DNA from: Amoeboaphelidium occidentale
Lineage: Eukaryota
Assembly (NCBI GenBank): GCA_023515795.1
Contig: JALGPX010000104.1
Location: 1 to 42,128 of the forward strand
DNA length: 42,128 bases
Direction: 5' to 3'
In this document: positions 1 through 10,952 of the stretch, piece by piece
Position numbering within the stretch: the stretch's first letter is position 1
Layout of the letters: each line of letters begins with the position of its first letter
Notes under the pieces: model-generated
What the model was told of the DNA's origin: nothing
Seen by the model: only the letters and a program-made list of their open reading frames with translations
The model's database searches: none
Made by a program: the position numbers and the translations under genes

Positions 1-138
1 CTGTAGTAATATGGTGATGGGTGCTTTCGTGTACAGTGTTTTTCTTGGAATTGATCAACGTAATTTTTTATTTTGTGAAGATCGCGTTGCTTACTTTCAG
101 GAAAATACTATATTCGAAGCAAAAGCACTCTAATAAAA

Positions 139-484
139 TTATGATTTATCAGGGAAGCATTCTTTCATCGTTTTGGAATGTTTACTCTGTGCGTGCTCTT
201 CAAGAATCTTTGTGCTTGCTGTGAGCATGTACGCTTGTCTACATATCTTGCAAATGATATTCAAAGCTTGCTGATTCTAAAACAATTCACGATAATATCC
301 CACAATTACTTGTTTAAGTTGACTCTTTCCCGCACCTGCTGCATTATCTTTCGCTCTCTTCTCTCTGAATACGAAATAGTCAGTATCCTTCTGATCCAGC
401 TAGCACGATACCTTTGTTGCTTTGCCTGAGGACTCAGAGGTCAATTCTTGTTTAATAAGAGCAAACCTTGTTTCCATTCGTCAT
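139..484 (-). CDS. Small C2H2 zinc-finger protein, ZNF706/At2g23090 (DUF1909)-like; 4 exons
   Basis: Not in the ORF track. GT-AG introns 466-426, 411-365 and 309-277 give MTNGNKAKQQREKRAKDNAAGAGKSQLKQNQQALNIICKICRQAYMLTASTKILEEHAQSKHSKTMKECFPDKS*, with CxxC...HxxxxH and the terminal ECFP of this family. Confidence 0.85.
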
Positions 485-500
485 TGTTACAATCTAGTTT

Positions 501-1658
501 CTATGTCTTTGTTATTTTGGCTAGAAAGAAGGCAGATGTCCACCACGAGTTATTTTTGAAAAAAGCCTCACAACCATGAAATCGTCTTGTTTTAGTTAAC
601 AAATCTTCACGCAAATCGAAATCGGACAAAGATGACCCGATGATCTGATCGATTTCCTTAGTAGGAGAAGGAAGATCAATGTCAATATCTAAGAGTTTCG
701 CATTACTGTGTTGTTCCAACAGCCATTGAACAATCAATTCATTCTGTTTCACCGAGAACGAACATGTACTATAAACCAAAATGCCACCAGGTTTAAGTAG
801 TTTAAATCCGTTGAGCAAAAGATTTCTTTGTAAGTTTTCCAGATTCTGGAGTCGTTCCTTGTCTAAAAAGCGTTCCAAGTCTTCCTTTCCTCCAGAATTC
901 AGCATTTTGAAAATATGAGCCACAGAACCATCATGAGTACATTCAGTATCAACAAGAACTTTATCGTACAATCCAAAATATGTAGCAGTATTTCGAATAC
1001 CTTTCGGACAATAGAAAGGCTTTTGTGAATGCGGTAATTCAATGTTAACAGGTTCGTCGCGACTCGTATTGACTGGACCGACACCAAATAGTGTGCCATC
1101 ACCTAAAAAAAGCCGTAAATTCCGTGCATTATGTTTTGAAATTAGGGACTGACATGTATGAAGCCTGTGCTTTGATACATCTACCCCGGTGACATTGAAA
1201 CTATTATAATCACGGTTTCCACCAGACACGAGACTGTTCATAAGAATAAGCTTTGTCCCTGGAGCACAACATAAGTCCAAAACATGATCGCCCTTCTGTA
1301 AGTCTAAAGCATGAACAGCAACAGCAGAACTTGCGTCCATTCCAAGCAATTTGCCCTCCTTATAGAGATCAATAGAACCAAGGTTCACGTGACCCGGAAG
1401 AGAATAAAACCCAGGAGCCCATGTTACAACGCGTAGCTTATCACCAAAGAGCTCTAATAGCTTTGTCTCAATTTCACTTCTAGCTTCTTGATGCTTTGGA
1501 GATATCATAAAGTATCGCTCCGGCACAACGTACATTCCATCAACGGTAAACTTTTCAAAGTATTCAAAGAGAGATCTGTATAATACCAATGGAATTTTGT
1601 TCTCATGCAGAAACTTGATGAATTCGCTTCCTAGTTTACTAATCACATCAACCATCAT
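501..1658 (-). CDS. NOL1/NOP2/Sun-family RNA m5C methyltransferase
   Basis: 385-aa ORF with MDASS, VLDLCCAPGTK (SAM motif I), YDKVLVDTECTHDG and LVYSTCS motifs. Confidence 0.9.
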   Translation of the reverse strand: MMVDVISKLGSEFIKFLHENKIPLVLYRSLFEYFEKFTVDGMYVVPERYFMISPKHQEARSEIETKLLELFGDKLRVVTWAPGFYSLPGHVNLGSIDLYKEGKLLGMDASSAVAVHALDLQKGDHVLDLCCAPGTKLILMNSLVSGGNRDYNSFNVTGVDVSKHRLHTCQSLISKHNARNLRLFLGDGTLFGVGPVNTSRDEPVNIELPHSQKPFYCPKGIRNTATYFGLYDKVLVDTECTHDGSVAHIFKMLNSGGKEDLERFLDKERLQNLENLQRNLLLNGFKLLKPGGILVYSTCSFSVKQNELIVQWLLEQHSNAKLLDIDIDLPSPTKEIDQIIGSSLSDFDLREDLLTKTRRFHGCEAFFKNNSWWTSAFFLAKITKT

Positions 1659-1992
1659 TAAAGCAAAAACGTAAGGCGGATACGATTAGTAGATTGTTCA
1701 GAATGTCTATCAATGACTAGATGAATAGGTTTATAAGTTTTGGATTTATTCGTGTAAAGCCATGTTGAAGCTCTCTAGTCTAAATGCTCGATGACAAAAG
1801 CCTAAGCAAAAACTTTTCTTTTAAAGGAGTTACTGCACACGAGCCCTGTGGACCACTTCAAAGTGTTTTACCCTGAAATTTCGTTATTTGCCTCAAATCT
1901 ATCGAATTGCCCGTCTTCTCGCTGAAACGGCGCGAATCTGAAGCCGATCACAAAACCGAAATTTTTTTCTTTGTTCGAGAAGGAATTAAAAA

Positions 1993-2574
1993 ATGAGCGG
2001 AAAAGGCACGTAAATTTTGTAATCGAATGGGCAGTAGACTTTGCATGGAAGAGAATATGGCGCTGGACTTTTGCTAGACCAGACTGACACGTTCTTGTGT
2101 GGAACTACTCGCAATCTACGTGCCCATTCGTTATTTTAGCATCTTTGGGAGCTTTTACTAACGTTTCTAGGTGGTGCTGGTGGTAACAAACTCAAAATGA
2201 CTTGCGGTCTTCCTGTTGGAGCTGTCATAAACTGTGCTGATAATTCTGGTGCAAAGAACCTTTACGTTATCTCTGTCAAGGGAATACACGCTCGTTTAAA
2301 TCGTTTACCTGCAGCTGGTGTCGGTGATATGTTCATCGCTTCAGTTAAGAAGGGTAAGCCAGATTTGAGAAAGAAAGTTATGCCTGCTGTGGTTGTAAGA
2401 CAACGTAAAGCATGGAGAAGAAAGGATGGTGTTTTCTTGTACTTTGAGGACAATGCTGGTGTGATTGTTAATCCTAAGGGTGAAATGAAGGGTAGCGCTA
2501 TCACTGGTCCTGTCGGAAAGGAATGTGCAGACTTGTGGCCTCGTATCGCTTCATCTTCTGGCACTGTTGTCTAA
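1993..2574 (+). CDS. RPL23: 60S ribosomal protein L23 (uL14); 2 exons, GC-AG intron 2006-2170
   Basis: [20 protein letters not shown]...[12 protein letters not shown]; exon 1 ATGAGCGGAAAAG joins in frame to 2171 giving [26 protein letters not shown] branch point at 2156-2162. Confidence 0.97.
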
Positions 2575-2624
2575 ACTTAATAAAGTGAAGTACAAATATT
2601 CATAGTCAGAGAATAGTTTAATTA

Positions 2625-3536
2625 TTAATTGTTGTTCTGCAGTAATGAAATATCTCTCTGGAGTTCTGATATTCCTTGTTCCAGCTCTGAATACATTTTG
2701 ACAATTTGGTCAAACTCAGATCCACGCATTAAATCAAACTGCTTCAACTTCTGTTGCAACTGGATTCGAGTCTTCTCTGCTTTAGAGTATTCTTCTTCGA
2801 TAGAACGCCTCTTGCTCTTCAGCTTGTTTCGGAGGTCATTTTCTTGGTTCTCACCAAATACTCCGAGCACCAATCTGAAATATGTATACTTCAACTTCAA
2901 ATACATTGTATCAAATAGCGCCGAAAAGTATTCCATGAAGTCTTCCTGTCTTGGACCATCTGGTACTTTATACTCAAAGATCAGCTCGTGAATAGTTGCA
3001 AGACCTTTAAAAAGGATTTCACAGTAATCTAAGAGTTCCTTGAAGTACAATATAGTCTTTTCCCAAACACTATCGCGTAATTGCTCAGTATGGTCAATTT
3101 TTGCTTGAAGCAGAGTAGGAATTTGGATTGCTTTCATTATTTTAACTCTCTCAGAGCAATCAGACTCATCAGCATCCCGGTAACAAGTAGAATACACAGA
3201 CAAAACAATTTCTTTGAGTTGTTTCTCTGCATCATGCTTCAGGGCTTTGTATATCTGATCGAAGCTCGACTCTCGTTCAGCTGAAACTGCTGGGCTCAGC
3301 CAGTCGAATTGACCACTACCTTTCTCTTCAACATCCAACCCAAGCAGTTTCATATCGTCATGAAAACTGTTCACCAAACCAGCTGCTCGTTTCTCTATAC
3401 ACATTCTTCTGTAGACTGTTTGTACCAGATGATTCTCAGCATGTTTCATTGATGCATTCTGCAACAAGTCTTGAAGTATCAAGTTATGTAAGTAATCCTT
3501 GCGGGCTTTATCTACTTTCGTTTCAGGAACTGTCAT
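2625..3536 (-). CDS. Coiled-coil protein, probable augmin subunit HAUS4-like
   Basis: 303-aa ORF; C-terminal LKQFDLMRGSEFDQIVKMYSELEQGI resembles the HAUS4 C-terminus as I recall it. Confidence 0.5.
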   Translation of the reverse strand: MTVPETKVDKARKDYLHNLILQDLLQNASMKHAENHLVQTVYRRMCIEKRAAGLVNSFHDDMKLLGLDVEEKGSGQFDWLSPAVSAERESSFDQIYKALKHDAEKQLKEIVLSVYSTCYRDADESDCSERVKIMKAIQIPTLLQAKIDHTEQLRDSVWEKTILYFKELLDYCEILFKGLATIHELIFEYKVPDGPRQEDFMEYFSALFDTMYLKLKYTYFRLVLGVFGENQENDLRNKLKSKRRSIEEEYSKAEKTRIQLQQKLKQFDLMRGSEFDQIVKMYSELEQGISELQRDISLLQNNN

Positions 3537-3614
3537 GGCTAAAACTCTACCAGAAGTATCAAAAGTGAAACAAGATCATGTTGGTTTTATTTTGTGTGGC
3601 CATACAAAACCTCT

Positions 3615-4055
3615 TCATTCAGGCTGACTAACAACCAGAATAACTCCATCTCCACGTAAAAACATTTTGCTTATGAACCGATCCTTCTCGACCTTCTTTA
3701 TCTTATCCCCAGTCTTCACGCTTTCGACCCACATCTACGATAATTAATCACAACCATAAAAATCCTCTGCTCACCTCTTTTACATTCTCCAGGACCATAT
3801 TACAATGTCTATCAAATGCTTTCACCCTCGCGAGTAGCTTCTTGTTATTCCTGCACGAAATCAGAATCTGTGTGTGGTTCTTCACTGCCATCGTGAGCAA
3901 AGACATAGGCCCATTCAATAATTCGTCATTATTAAACTCCTCCACTTCCTGCTCCGTCATTTCTGTCCTGTACTTTGACGCCAAATCTTTTCTAATAGAA
4001 TTAATACCTTCAAAGCCCCGGGAAAGTTTTACGCTTCTGCTGATGTTCCAGCCAT
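3615..4055 (-). CDS. SMD2: snRNP core protein Sm D2; 3 exons
   Basis: Introns 4032-3992 and 3774-3735; [48 protein letters not shown]...[17 protein letters not shown]. Confidence 0.95.
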
Positions 4056-4165
4056 TTTGATCACCCTAAAGAATAAAAGGGAACGTAGGCAGCCTGTAAT
4101 CGTTTAAGCTCAGACAGATACGTTTATTTAATAGCCACGCTGCACGCACGCAACCACACAACTGA

Positions 4166-4629
4166 TCATCCCATAAAGTTCACCACCAGACAATGCAACA
4201 GAACAGAACAAAAGATGTAATCAGCAAAAGCTCTCTCATGTCCAATACCTTCAAACTCTTTAGCATTATCAGCATTCAATTGTATTCTCAGATTAGCTAT
4301 GAAACGTATTAAATGCTAAGTCCCCATACAAATACTTACCTGCTAAAACAAATGATCCGACACAAGACCCAAATCCAGCCAAGAATCCATTGTATGGGAA
4401 CGATGAAACTAAGACGCAGTATAGAAATTGAATTATTCCGGAAAGCATAACAAAGACCAAATACGCATCAATAAGTTTTAGCTTAGTTGGTGTGCCTAAG
4501 TGTTTAGCAAAAGCGTAGACTCTACAAAACGGAAGTACTTTTCATGTAGGAATCCAGTAGCTTTGATGTAGCCTTCTCCAATTCAATTGGCGCTGAAGAC
4601 GCATTAGATGTAGTCGCAGTCGTCGTCAT
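4166..4629 (-). CDS. OST2: Oligosaccharyltransferase subunit DAD1/Ost2; 3 exons
   Basis: Spliced product contains [41 protein letters not shown]...[23 protein letters not shown]. Confidence 0.93.
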
Positions 4630-4694
4630 TTGAGAAACTTCAATTGCAGCGAGTTGAAGAGAAACACCATTTTTCTTTCGATTTTGACTACGAA

Positions 4695-5083
4695 ATGAAC
4701 ACAGCATTTAAAGCAGCCGGAATATCGTAAGTTCTCTTTGAATTTCTGTAAAAGAAGGATAGAGGGCATCAGCAGCGGAAGGGGTGGATTAAAATCATTT
4801 GCAAGGGCCTGATAATTCCGCTGCTTATGCTTTGCATACTTCGATTCGCAATTAAGAACTTTTAACTTTTAAGATACGTAAGGTACGCTGAAGCATGTGC
4901 ACAGGCAGTTAGGAATGTTATGAAGGAAGATCTACGTGCTGTTGCTGCAAGAAGATCTGATGTTGGAATCAAATACGCTAAATGGGAAGGTGGAAAGGCT
5001 GGAGAGCAGAGTAATTCATAATTCCGTAATGGAGCAATGTTAATTAATTTGTAGAATGGGTCAGACCTCCAAAGGAAGAATAA
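4695..5083 (+). CDS. ATP15: Mitochondrial ATP synthase F1 epsilon subunit; 3 exons
   Basis: Not in the ORF track. Introns 4727-4873 and 5011-5054 give MNTAFKAAGISYVRYAEACAQAVRNVMKEDLRAVAARRSDVGIKYAKWEGGKAGEQKWVRPPKEE*. Confidence 0.9.
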
Positions 5084-5124
5084 ATAATGGAATACCATCG
5101 CATTAAAGCGTTCGATCGTTTTAA

Positions 5125-6017
5125 TTATTTAAGCCCATTCTTTGCATCCATTCTGTTTGCGACTTGAGACCAGTCTACGGAATCCCAGAAATCGCTAATG
5201 TACTTCTCAGCGTTCAGCTGCAACGGTGATCCCTTTTGTTCCTCTGACATGTATTTGTAAAGATATGCATGTTCATTCAAGGAAAGCGCCAATACTGGAA
5301 CATATTTAATTGTGTTACCAGAAGAAGCAGACGAAGAAGATGTTCCTACTGCACCAAAACGCGGAAACAGTGGACAGGCTGAACCAAAAGTTCTTCCAAT
5401 TCTCAAACTATCGCTTCCGTGTTCGTACATCAACCACAAGAAACCTCCAGTCGTCTGCTCAGCACCAATTTTGTTCAGAATATTCAAAGCGATCTGACTG
5501 AATTCCTTCTTGAACTTTTCCAAAGATGTTTGACCATCCTCTGTGGAAACAGGGAAATTCTTATCGAACGTCTTCATGACATGCGGGCTTGGCCCTGCAT
5601 TATCTTTAGGCTTTCCATCAGATTTTAGAGTGCTCAAGTAGAAATCATTATTCCATGCAAAAGAAGCAGCACTGAAAAGGTCCAAAGTTTGCGCGTTTCT
5701 TCTTGATGCTGCAGATGATCGCATAGTGATGGAGAATAAGATCTCGACCAAAGGCATGTCCTTAAACTTTTGGAAATCTATCAATGGGTTAGTTATCATT
5801 GAGATGGCAGAGTGTAATTACCATCGGACTGTGATATCAACTGATTCACGTTGCTAACAGCTTTTGCGTGCACAGCCTGAAATATTCTGAAAGATTCTGG
5901 CGAGAACACTTTTGGTAGTCGCGATGCAGTAGCCTTATTATCAACACTTAGTTGAAATTGTTTTGGTAAAGCGTGCAAAAATCGTCTATTGCTTCTTGTC
6001 GTGAGTAATCGCAGCAT
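5125..6017 (-). CDS. Fe/Mn-SOD-fold mitochondrial small-subunit ribosomal protein (mS42/mS43, Rsm26/Mrp1-like); 2 exons
   Basis: Arg-rich presequence MLRLLTTRSNRR; intron 5821-5778; SOD-fold motifs with metal ligands degenerate (WNNDFY, LSLNEHAY) and YISDFWDSVDW. Confidence 0.75.
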
Positions 6018-6047
6018 TTCGTCTTCTTGATCGTCACAAAGAAGAGT

Positions 6048-7267
6048 TTATCGCAATGTACTAAACTTCTTGAATAGATCGTATGAGATACGCAAAATCA
6101 TTTTTAAATCCTGTCTGACTACATCTAGCGCATTCCATTTAGCACCATTCATTCCCAAGGATTCCATGAGTTTAAAAGCAAACATCACATTGTTGAGCTT
6201 TTGATCAGGCGTGGTTGGCTTTATGGTGTACTTTGAGAAAGGAACAAAGAAATTTGCCAGAGATCCGACAACAATGATGAAGAATACACCATCGTGCATA
6301 TCACTCTTCAGATCGGTAATTGTCACTCCATTTGGGCTTAGTTTGGAGTTTAGAAACACTGTGATCAACTACACAAAATGAGAGATAAATACTTTAACAA
6401 TTACATCTGTGACTTTTCTGATCTCATCTGCCTTACCACTGTCGAAAAGTGCATCGAACGCATCGCTTGACAAATTCTGATTACTTCCATAAATGTCACC
6501 GCTGCCAGATAACGCTTGTTCATGTAAAGATGAATCTGACATCATCATTGCTGAATTCTGCAACATGTCAGATGTGTAGTATGCGCTTTCATCCTCAGTT
6601 AAATTTATCAGTTTTGTCTTGTTTTTTCTGACACCATCTAAAACTTCAGCATGTATCACTGCAATCTGGACATTTGATGGCAAAGCTTCAGGGCATCTCA
6701 GATTATGTGCCAAATCAACCATCAAGCAGTATGCACTAGAGATATCCTTCTTTAATAAGCCATCTACAGACCAGCGATCATTCGATTCAATACCAAGTCG
6801 TGTGGTAATGAAGTTCACCACATTGACCAGATTAGCCCTTTTAGACTTTTCGCTAATAGCAGGTGTAATTGAGAGCTCCTCATCAGTCATTTGATCTACA
6901 GCGCATATTGAAGTTAGTTCAACCTGCTGGTCTGTAACATACTCAAGAACTGGCCTAAAACTTGACCATCAGATAAATCCTCCACTAGGTCTTGTACAAC
7001 TGATCCTATTTGACTCATATATCGATTGAGCCATACTAGTAATGTCTTTTGAAGATTCCATCAGTATGATCATGATCATAAAGTACCTTTCTGAGTTGTC
7101 TGAACTTCGCATTAGATTTTGCAGAAGGATGAAGTATGTAATCCGCAGCTATGAAATCAAAGATTATATTTTCTGTGAGTTTATCATTTACTTGATTCCA
7201 CAGCAACCGAAGAGTCGTAACCATATGCTGCTTTAGCAAGAACATCGAAATCTTTTGATTTAGACAT
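6048..7267 (-). CDS. Parvin (tandem calponin-homology domain protein); 5 exons
   Basis: CH1 LLVWLNRY...VQDLVEDLSDGQVL; CH2 ITDLKSDMHDGVFFIIVVGSLANFFVP...QKLNNVMFAFKLM...DLKMILRISYDLFKKF aligns by eye to parvin CH2; four GT-AG introns restore the frame. Confidence 0.85.
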
Positions 7268-7290
7268 TTATCAAACACAAAAGATGATCA

Positions 7291-7540
7291 TTAAACCCTA
7301 GAAAGTTATCAACTTTGGAACGCTTCAATGCAACAAATAAAAAGAGTGTTGTCTGCGAGAATATCGCCACAAGTGATCAGCAAGACTTCATCTTGATTGT
7401 ATCAGAGATAGGTTTCAGCATAGGCTCTCGTACAAAACCGAGTTGCGGGTGTTCACTAAGACAAGACGCTTAAGAACACTATAAACACTTGGAAACATTT
7501 TCAAGGTTTAATAGCCCTCGTCTCAATTAAGGGAGAATTT
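7291..7540 (+). pseudogene. Possible decayed IS630/Tc1-mariner transposase fragment
   Basis: Startless 60-codon frame ...RFNATNKK...DQQDFILIVSEIGFSIGSRTKPSCGCSLRQDA*, then shifted-frame GNIF and LIALVSIKG; resembles the FIDExGF...G.S...A...N.S.I.A.S..G region. Confidence 0.3.
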
Positions 7541-7570
7541 GATCGCATGGCGAATCGCCTTTTTTGCAGC

Positions 7571-8494
<924 letters not shown>

Positions 8495-8581
8495 TTTAAA
8501 AGCGTAAAACAAAGAACCCTGACACAAATAAATTGATGCTTTGAATGAAGGGAGGTATAATTTATTTTAGATGCTTTCTGT

Positions 8582-9071
8582 TCAATGGCCGTGGCCTTCT
8601 TCCAACTGAAACCTAAGCCCACAGTAACCGCAAGTATTGAAAGTAGCAGAATCGTCCAAATTGATATAAACCTTTGGATGGCCCAATGCTCCACCTCCTA
8701 CAGATTTAAGAAAGCTCTTAGTTCCTCAGGTAATTACCTCCATCACACACTGCTATTCTCTTGGTGACTTTAATTATCGGTTGCTTATTGATTAATTCAA
8801 TCGCAGCGAGAGGATTCGGCTGAGCTGATAAGTCTGTCTGTAGAAATCGAGGATTATCAAATGCAACTTTCTTTTCCTGCTGAGATACAGACCATGTGCC
8901 TTTGTAATTCGGAGCTTGATCGACTTCAGTTGATTGCACAGTCTTCTTTGGCACTGAAGAGGATGAGCTTGTTTTAGCAAGCTGGTTCGTAGAGCTGCTG
9001 CTGCTTTTCGACGAAAGGAATAGTCGCTGTGTCTTTAGTAATTGAGGTTTAATAAGAATCTGACGAAGCAT
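8582..9071 (-). CDS. NDUFS6: NADH dehydrogenase (complex I) 13-kDa Zn-finger subunit; 2 exons
   Basis: Presequence MLRQILIK...; [22 protein letters not shown]...CGYCGLRF after one intron. Confidence 0.93.
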
Positions 9072-9112
9072 CGTTTTCTGAACAAAATAACGAAATCTTT
9101 TTCGAACCTTCA

Positions 9113-9427
9113 ATGGCAACAACATCCTCAGCTGCGGAATCGGAATCTGAATTTCGTTCAAAAGTTAACCAAAGACTTATTGAGTCAGGAGAGAAGGAAG
9201 CTTTGAAGGACATGCTGAGGGCTAAACTGGTCGAGATCGGTTGGAAAGATCGAGTAAAGAGTGAAATTAAAAACAGCATATCTCGCAAGGGCGGAAACTG
9301 TTCAGTGGATGAAATTGTTGCGGAAGTGACACCTTTTGCTCGATCAAGTGTTCCGGATAATGTCAAGAATGAACTGCATGCTCGAATTGAAAAGTTCATC
9401 AATGACTACTTTGGTGATAGTGTGTAG
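9113..9427 (+). CDS. SUS1: SAGA/TREX-2 subunit Sus1/ENY2
   Basis: QRLIESGEKEALKDMLRAKLVEIGWKD...VAEVTPFARSSVPDNVKNEL. Confidence 0.92.
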   Translation: MATTSSAAESESEFRSKVNQRLIESGEKEALKDMLRAKLVEIGWKDRVKSEIKNSISRKGGNCSVDEIVAEVTPFARSSVPDNVKNELHARIEKFINDYFGDSV

Positions 9428-9432
9428 ATATG

Positions 9433-9698
9433 TTCAGAGAGAATCTGTAATAAAATGTTCTTTTTACTTGCATGTTTTATGATGTTTTCTGTGTTTCTTG
9501 TCTTGGTTTCATTGCTATCGTTTCAGCTGTTCATATTTCGACGGAATGAAGTGATNNNNNNNNNNNNNNNNNNNNTTCAGAGAGAATCTGTAATAAAATG
9601 TTCTTTTTAATTGCATGTTTAATGATGTTTTCTGTGTTTCTTGTCTTGGTTTCATTGCTATCGTTTCAGCTGTTCATATTTCGACGGAATGAAGTGAT
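9433..9698. repeat. Gap-flanking duplication (9433-9555 vs 9576-9698)
   Basis: Near-identical 123-nt copies around an N run, with two visible substitutions. Confidence 0.9.
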
Positions 9699-10938
9699 TT
9701 TGTTATACGGAAAGTATGGCAACTTAGGGGCTTCAAGGGGACACTCTTATGCGATGGATCTCAATGATGTGCTTCGGTCAGTATTAGCTGATTATGATCA
9801 AGTCAGTGACATGAACTATTGGAATGTGGGACCATCAATGATCGCAGAACTTGATCATGAACAGTTTCTCCTGTCTCCGCAAAAAGCTTCTGCTACTTCA
9901 ACATTGGTGATATCGTTCCATATTTTTGCTTGGAGAAGAGTGAAATCCTTCAAGAGATTGTTGAATTCCTTGCAAAATGCTGATTATTCAGGTTTAAAGT
10001 CAAGATCGTTCGGTATACGCTTAGATCTAACTTTTCACATTGATGGTAACTATAATCCAGCTGTTCTGGATATCATTAAAGAGTTTAAATGGAACTATGG
10101 CGACATCCAAATATTGACGAGCGACTCAAACAAGGGTCTGCAACTTGTGATGAAAGACACTCAGCCACGAGATTCTGAAGGTTACAGTGTCTTTTTGGAA
10201 GATGATATTGAACTTTCAGTGTTATATTTTGATTATATACTATTCTGCTTATCGGTCAGTGAAGATGATCAATTAGCAGGATGTTCATTCTATACACCTC
10301 GAGTTGACGAAGTTTCTGAGAGAGAAGATATATCGAAACCACCACCGATAAATTTGTCTGAAATGACAGCAGGCAGTTTTGTGGGTATTCAGATTCCTTG
10401 TAGCTGGGGAGCCATATATCGGAATAGCATTTGGTCTGATTTTTTGAATTACTACAATGCAAGGATGGATGTGGAGGGAAACTTTCCAACGATAAAAGGA
10501 TTACTAACGCATACATGGAAACGATCATGGAAGAAATATCTTATCGAGTACTTCTACTTAAAGGGACTGTATCTGATATATCCTGCATTTGACGACGGGA
10601 AATCTTTCTCTACAAATCACTACGAGGACGGTGTTCATACAGTTTCAGAAGAAGATTATGAGAAAATGTTGAAAGATAACTCTTTTCCTGCTGAACAGCT
10701 CAATGTAGAACGTGGAACTATTGATCATCGATTTACAGTGCCGTTACTTGTTGCAGAGGATAAAGAACTGGTCATGGATGCTTTCAAACAAACAACGGAG
10801 ATCAAGAGCATTTTCAACGTGTTTCACAAAGTGTCATCTCTGGAGGATCTTATTCAAAAAGGAGCGGAATACCAGAAGGAAATCTGTGCGAATCGCGAAA
10901 TTAAAGACTTAACAACATGCCAAATTGAAGAACAGTAA
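9598..10938 (+). CDS. Type II membrane GT-A-fold glycosyltransferase-like protein
   Basis: N-terminal TM anchor; FAWRR..SFKRLLNSL..ADY, VFLEDDIELS and QIPCSWGA motifs. Confidence 0.75.
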   Translation: MFFLIACLMMFSVFLVLVSLLSFQLFIFRRNEVILLYGKYGNLGASRGHSYAMDLNDVLRSVLADYDQVSDMNYWNVGPSMIAELDHEQFLLSPQKASATSTLVISFHIFAWRRVKSFKRLLNSLQNADYSGLKSRSFGIRLDLTFHIDGNYNPAVLDIIKEFKWNYGDIQILTSDSNKGLQLVMKDTQPRDSEGYSVFLEDDIELSVLYFDYILFCLSVSEDDQLAGCSFYTPRVDEVSEREDISKPPPINLSEMTAGSFVGIQIPCSWGAIYRNSIWSDFLNYYNARMDVEGNFPTIKGLLTHTWKRSWKKYLIEYFYLKGLYLIYPAFDDGKSFSTNHYEDGVHTVSEEDYEKMLKDNSFPAEQLNVERGTIDHRFTVPLLVAEDKELVMDAFKQTTEIKSIFNVFHKVSSLEDLIQKGAEYQKEICANREIKDLTTCQIEEQ

Positions 10939-10952
10939 GTAAAAGATACTAA

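Noticed and set aside
1660..1900. Longer-than-usual spacer with a short GACTAGA/TCTAGTC inverted pair; possible ncRNA or TE relic
   Set aside because: No recognisable boxes, extended helices or protein motif
5125..6017. Active Mn/Fe superoxide dismutase
   Set aside because: Metal-ligand His/Asp positions are substituted; fits SOD-fold mitoribosomal proteins better
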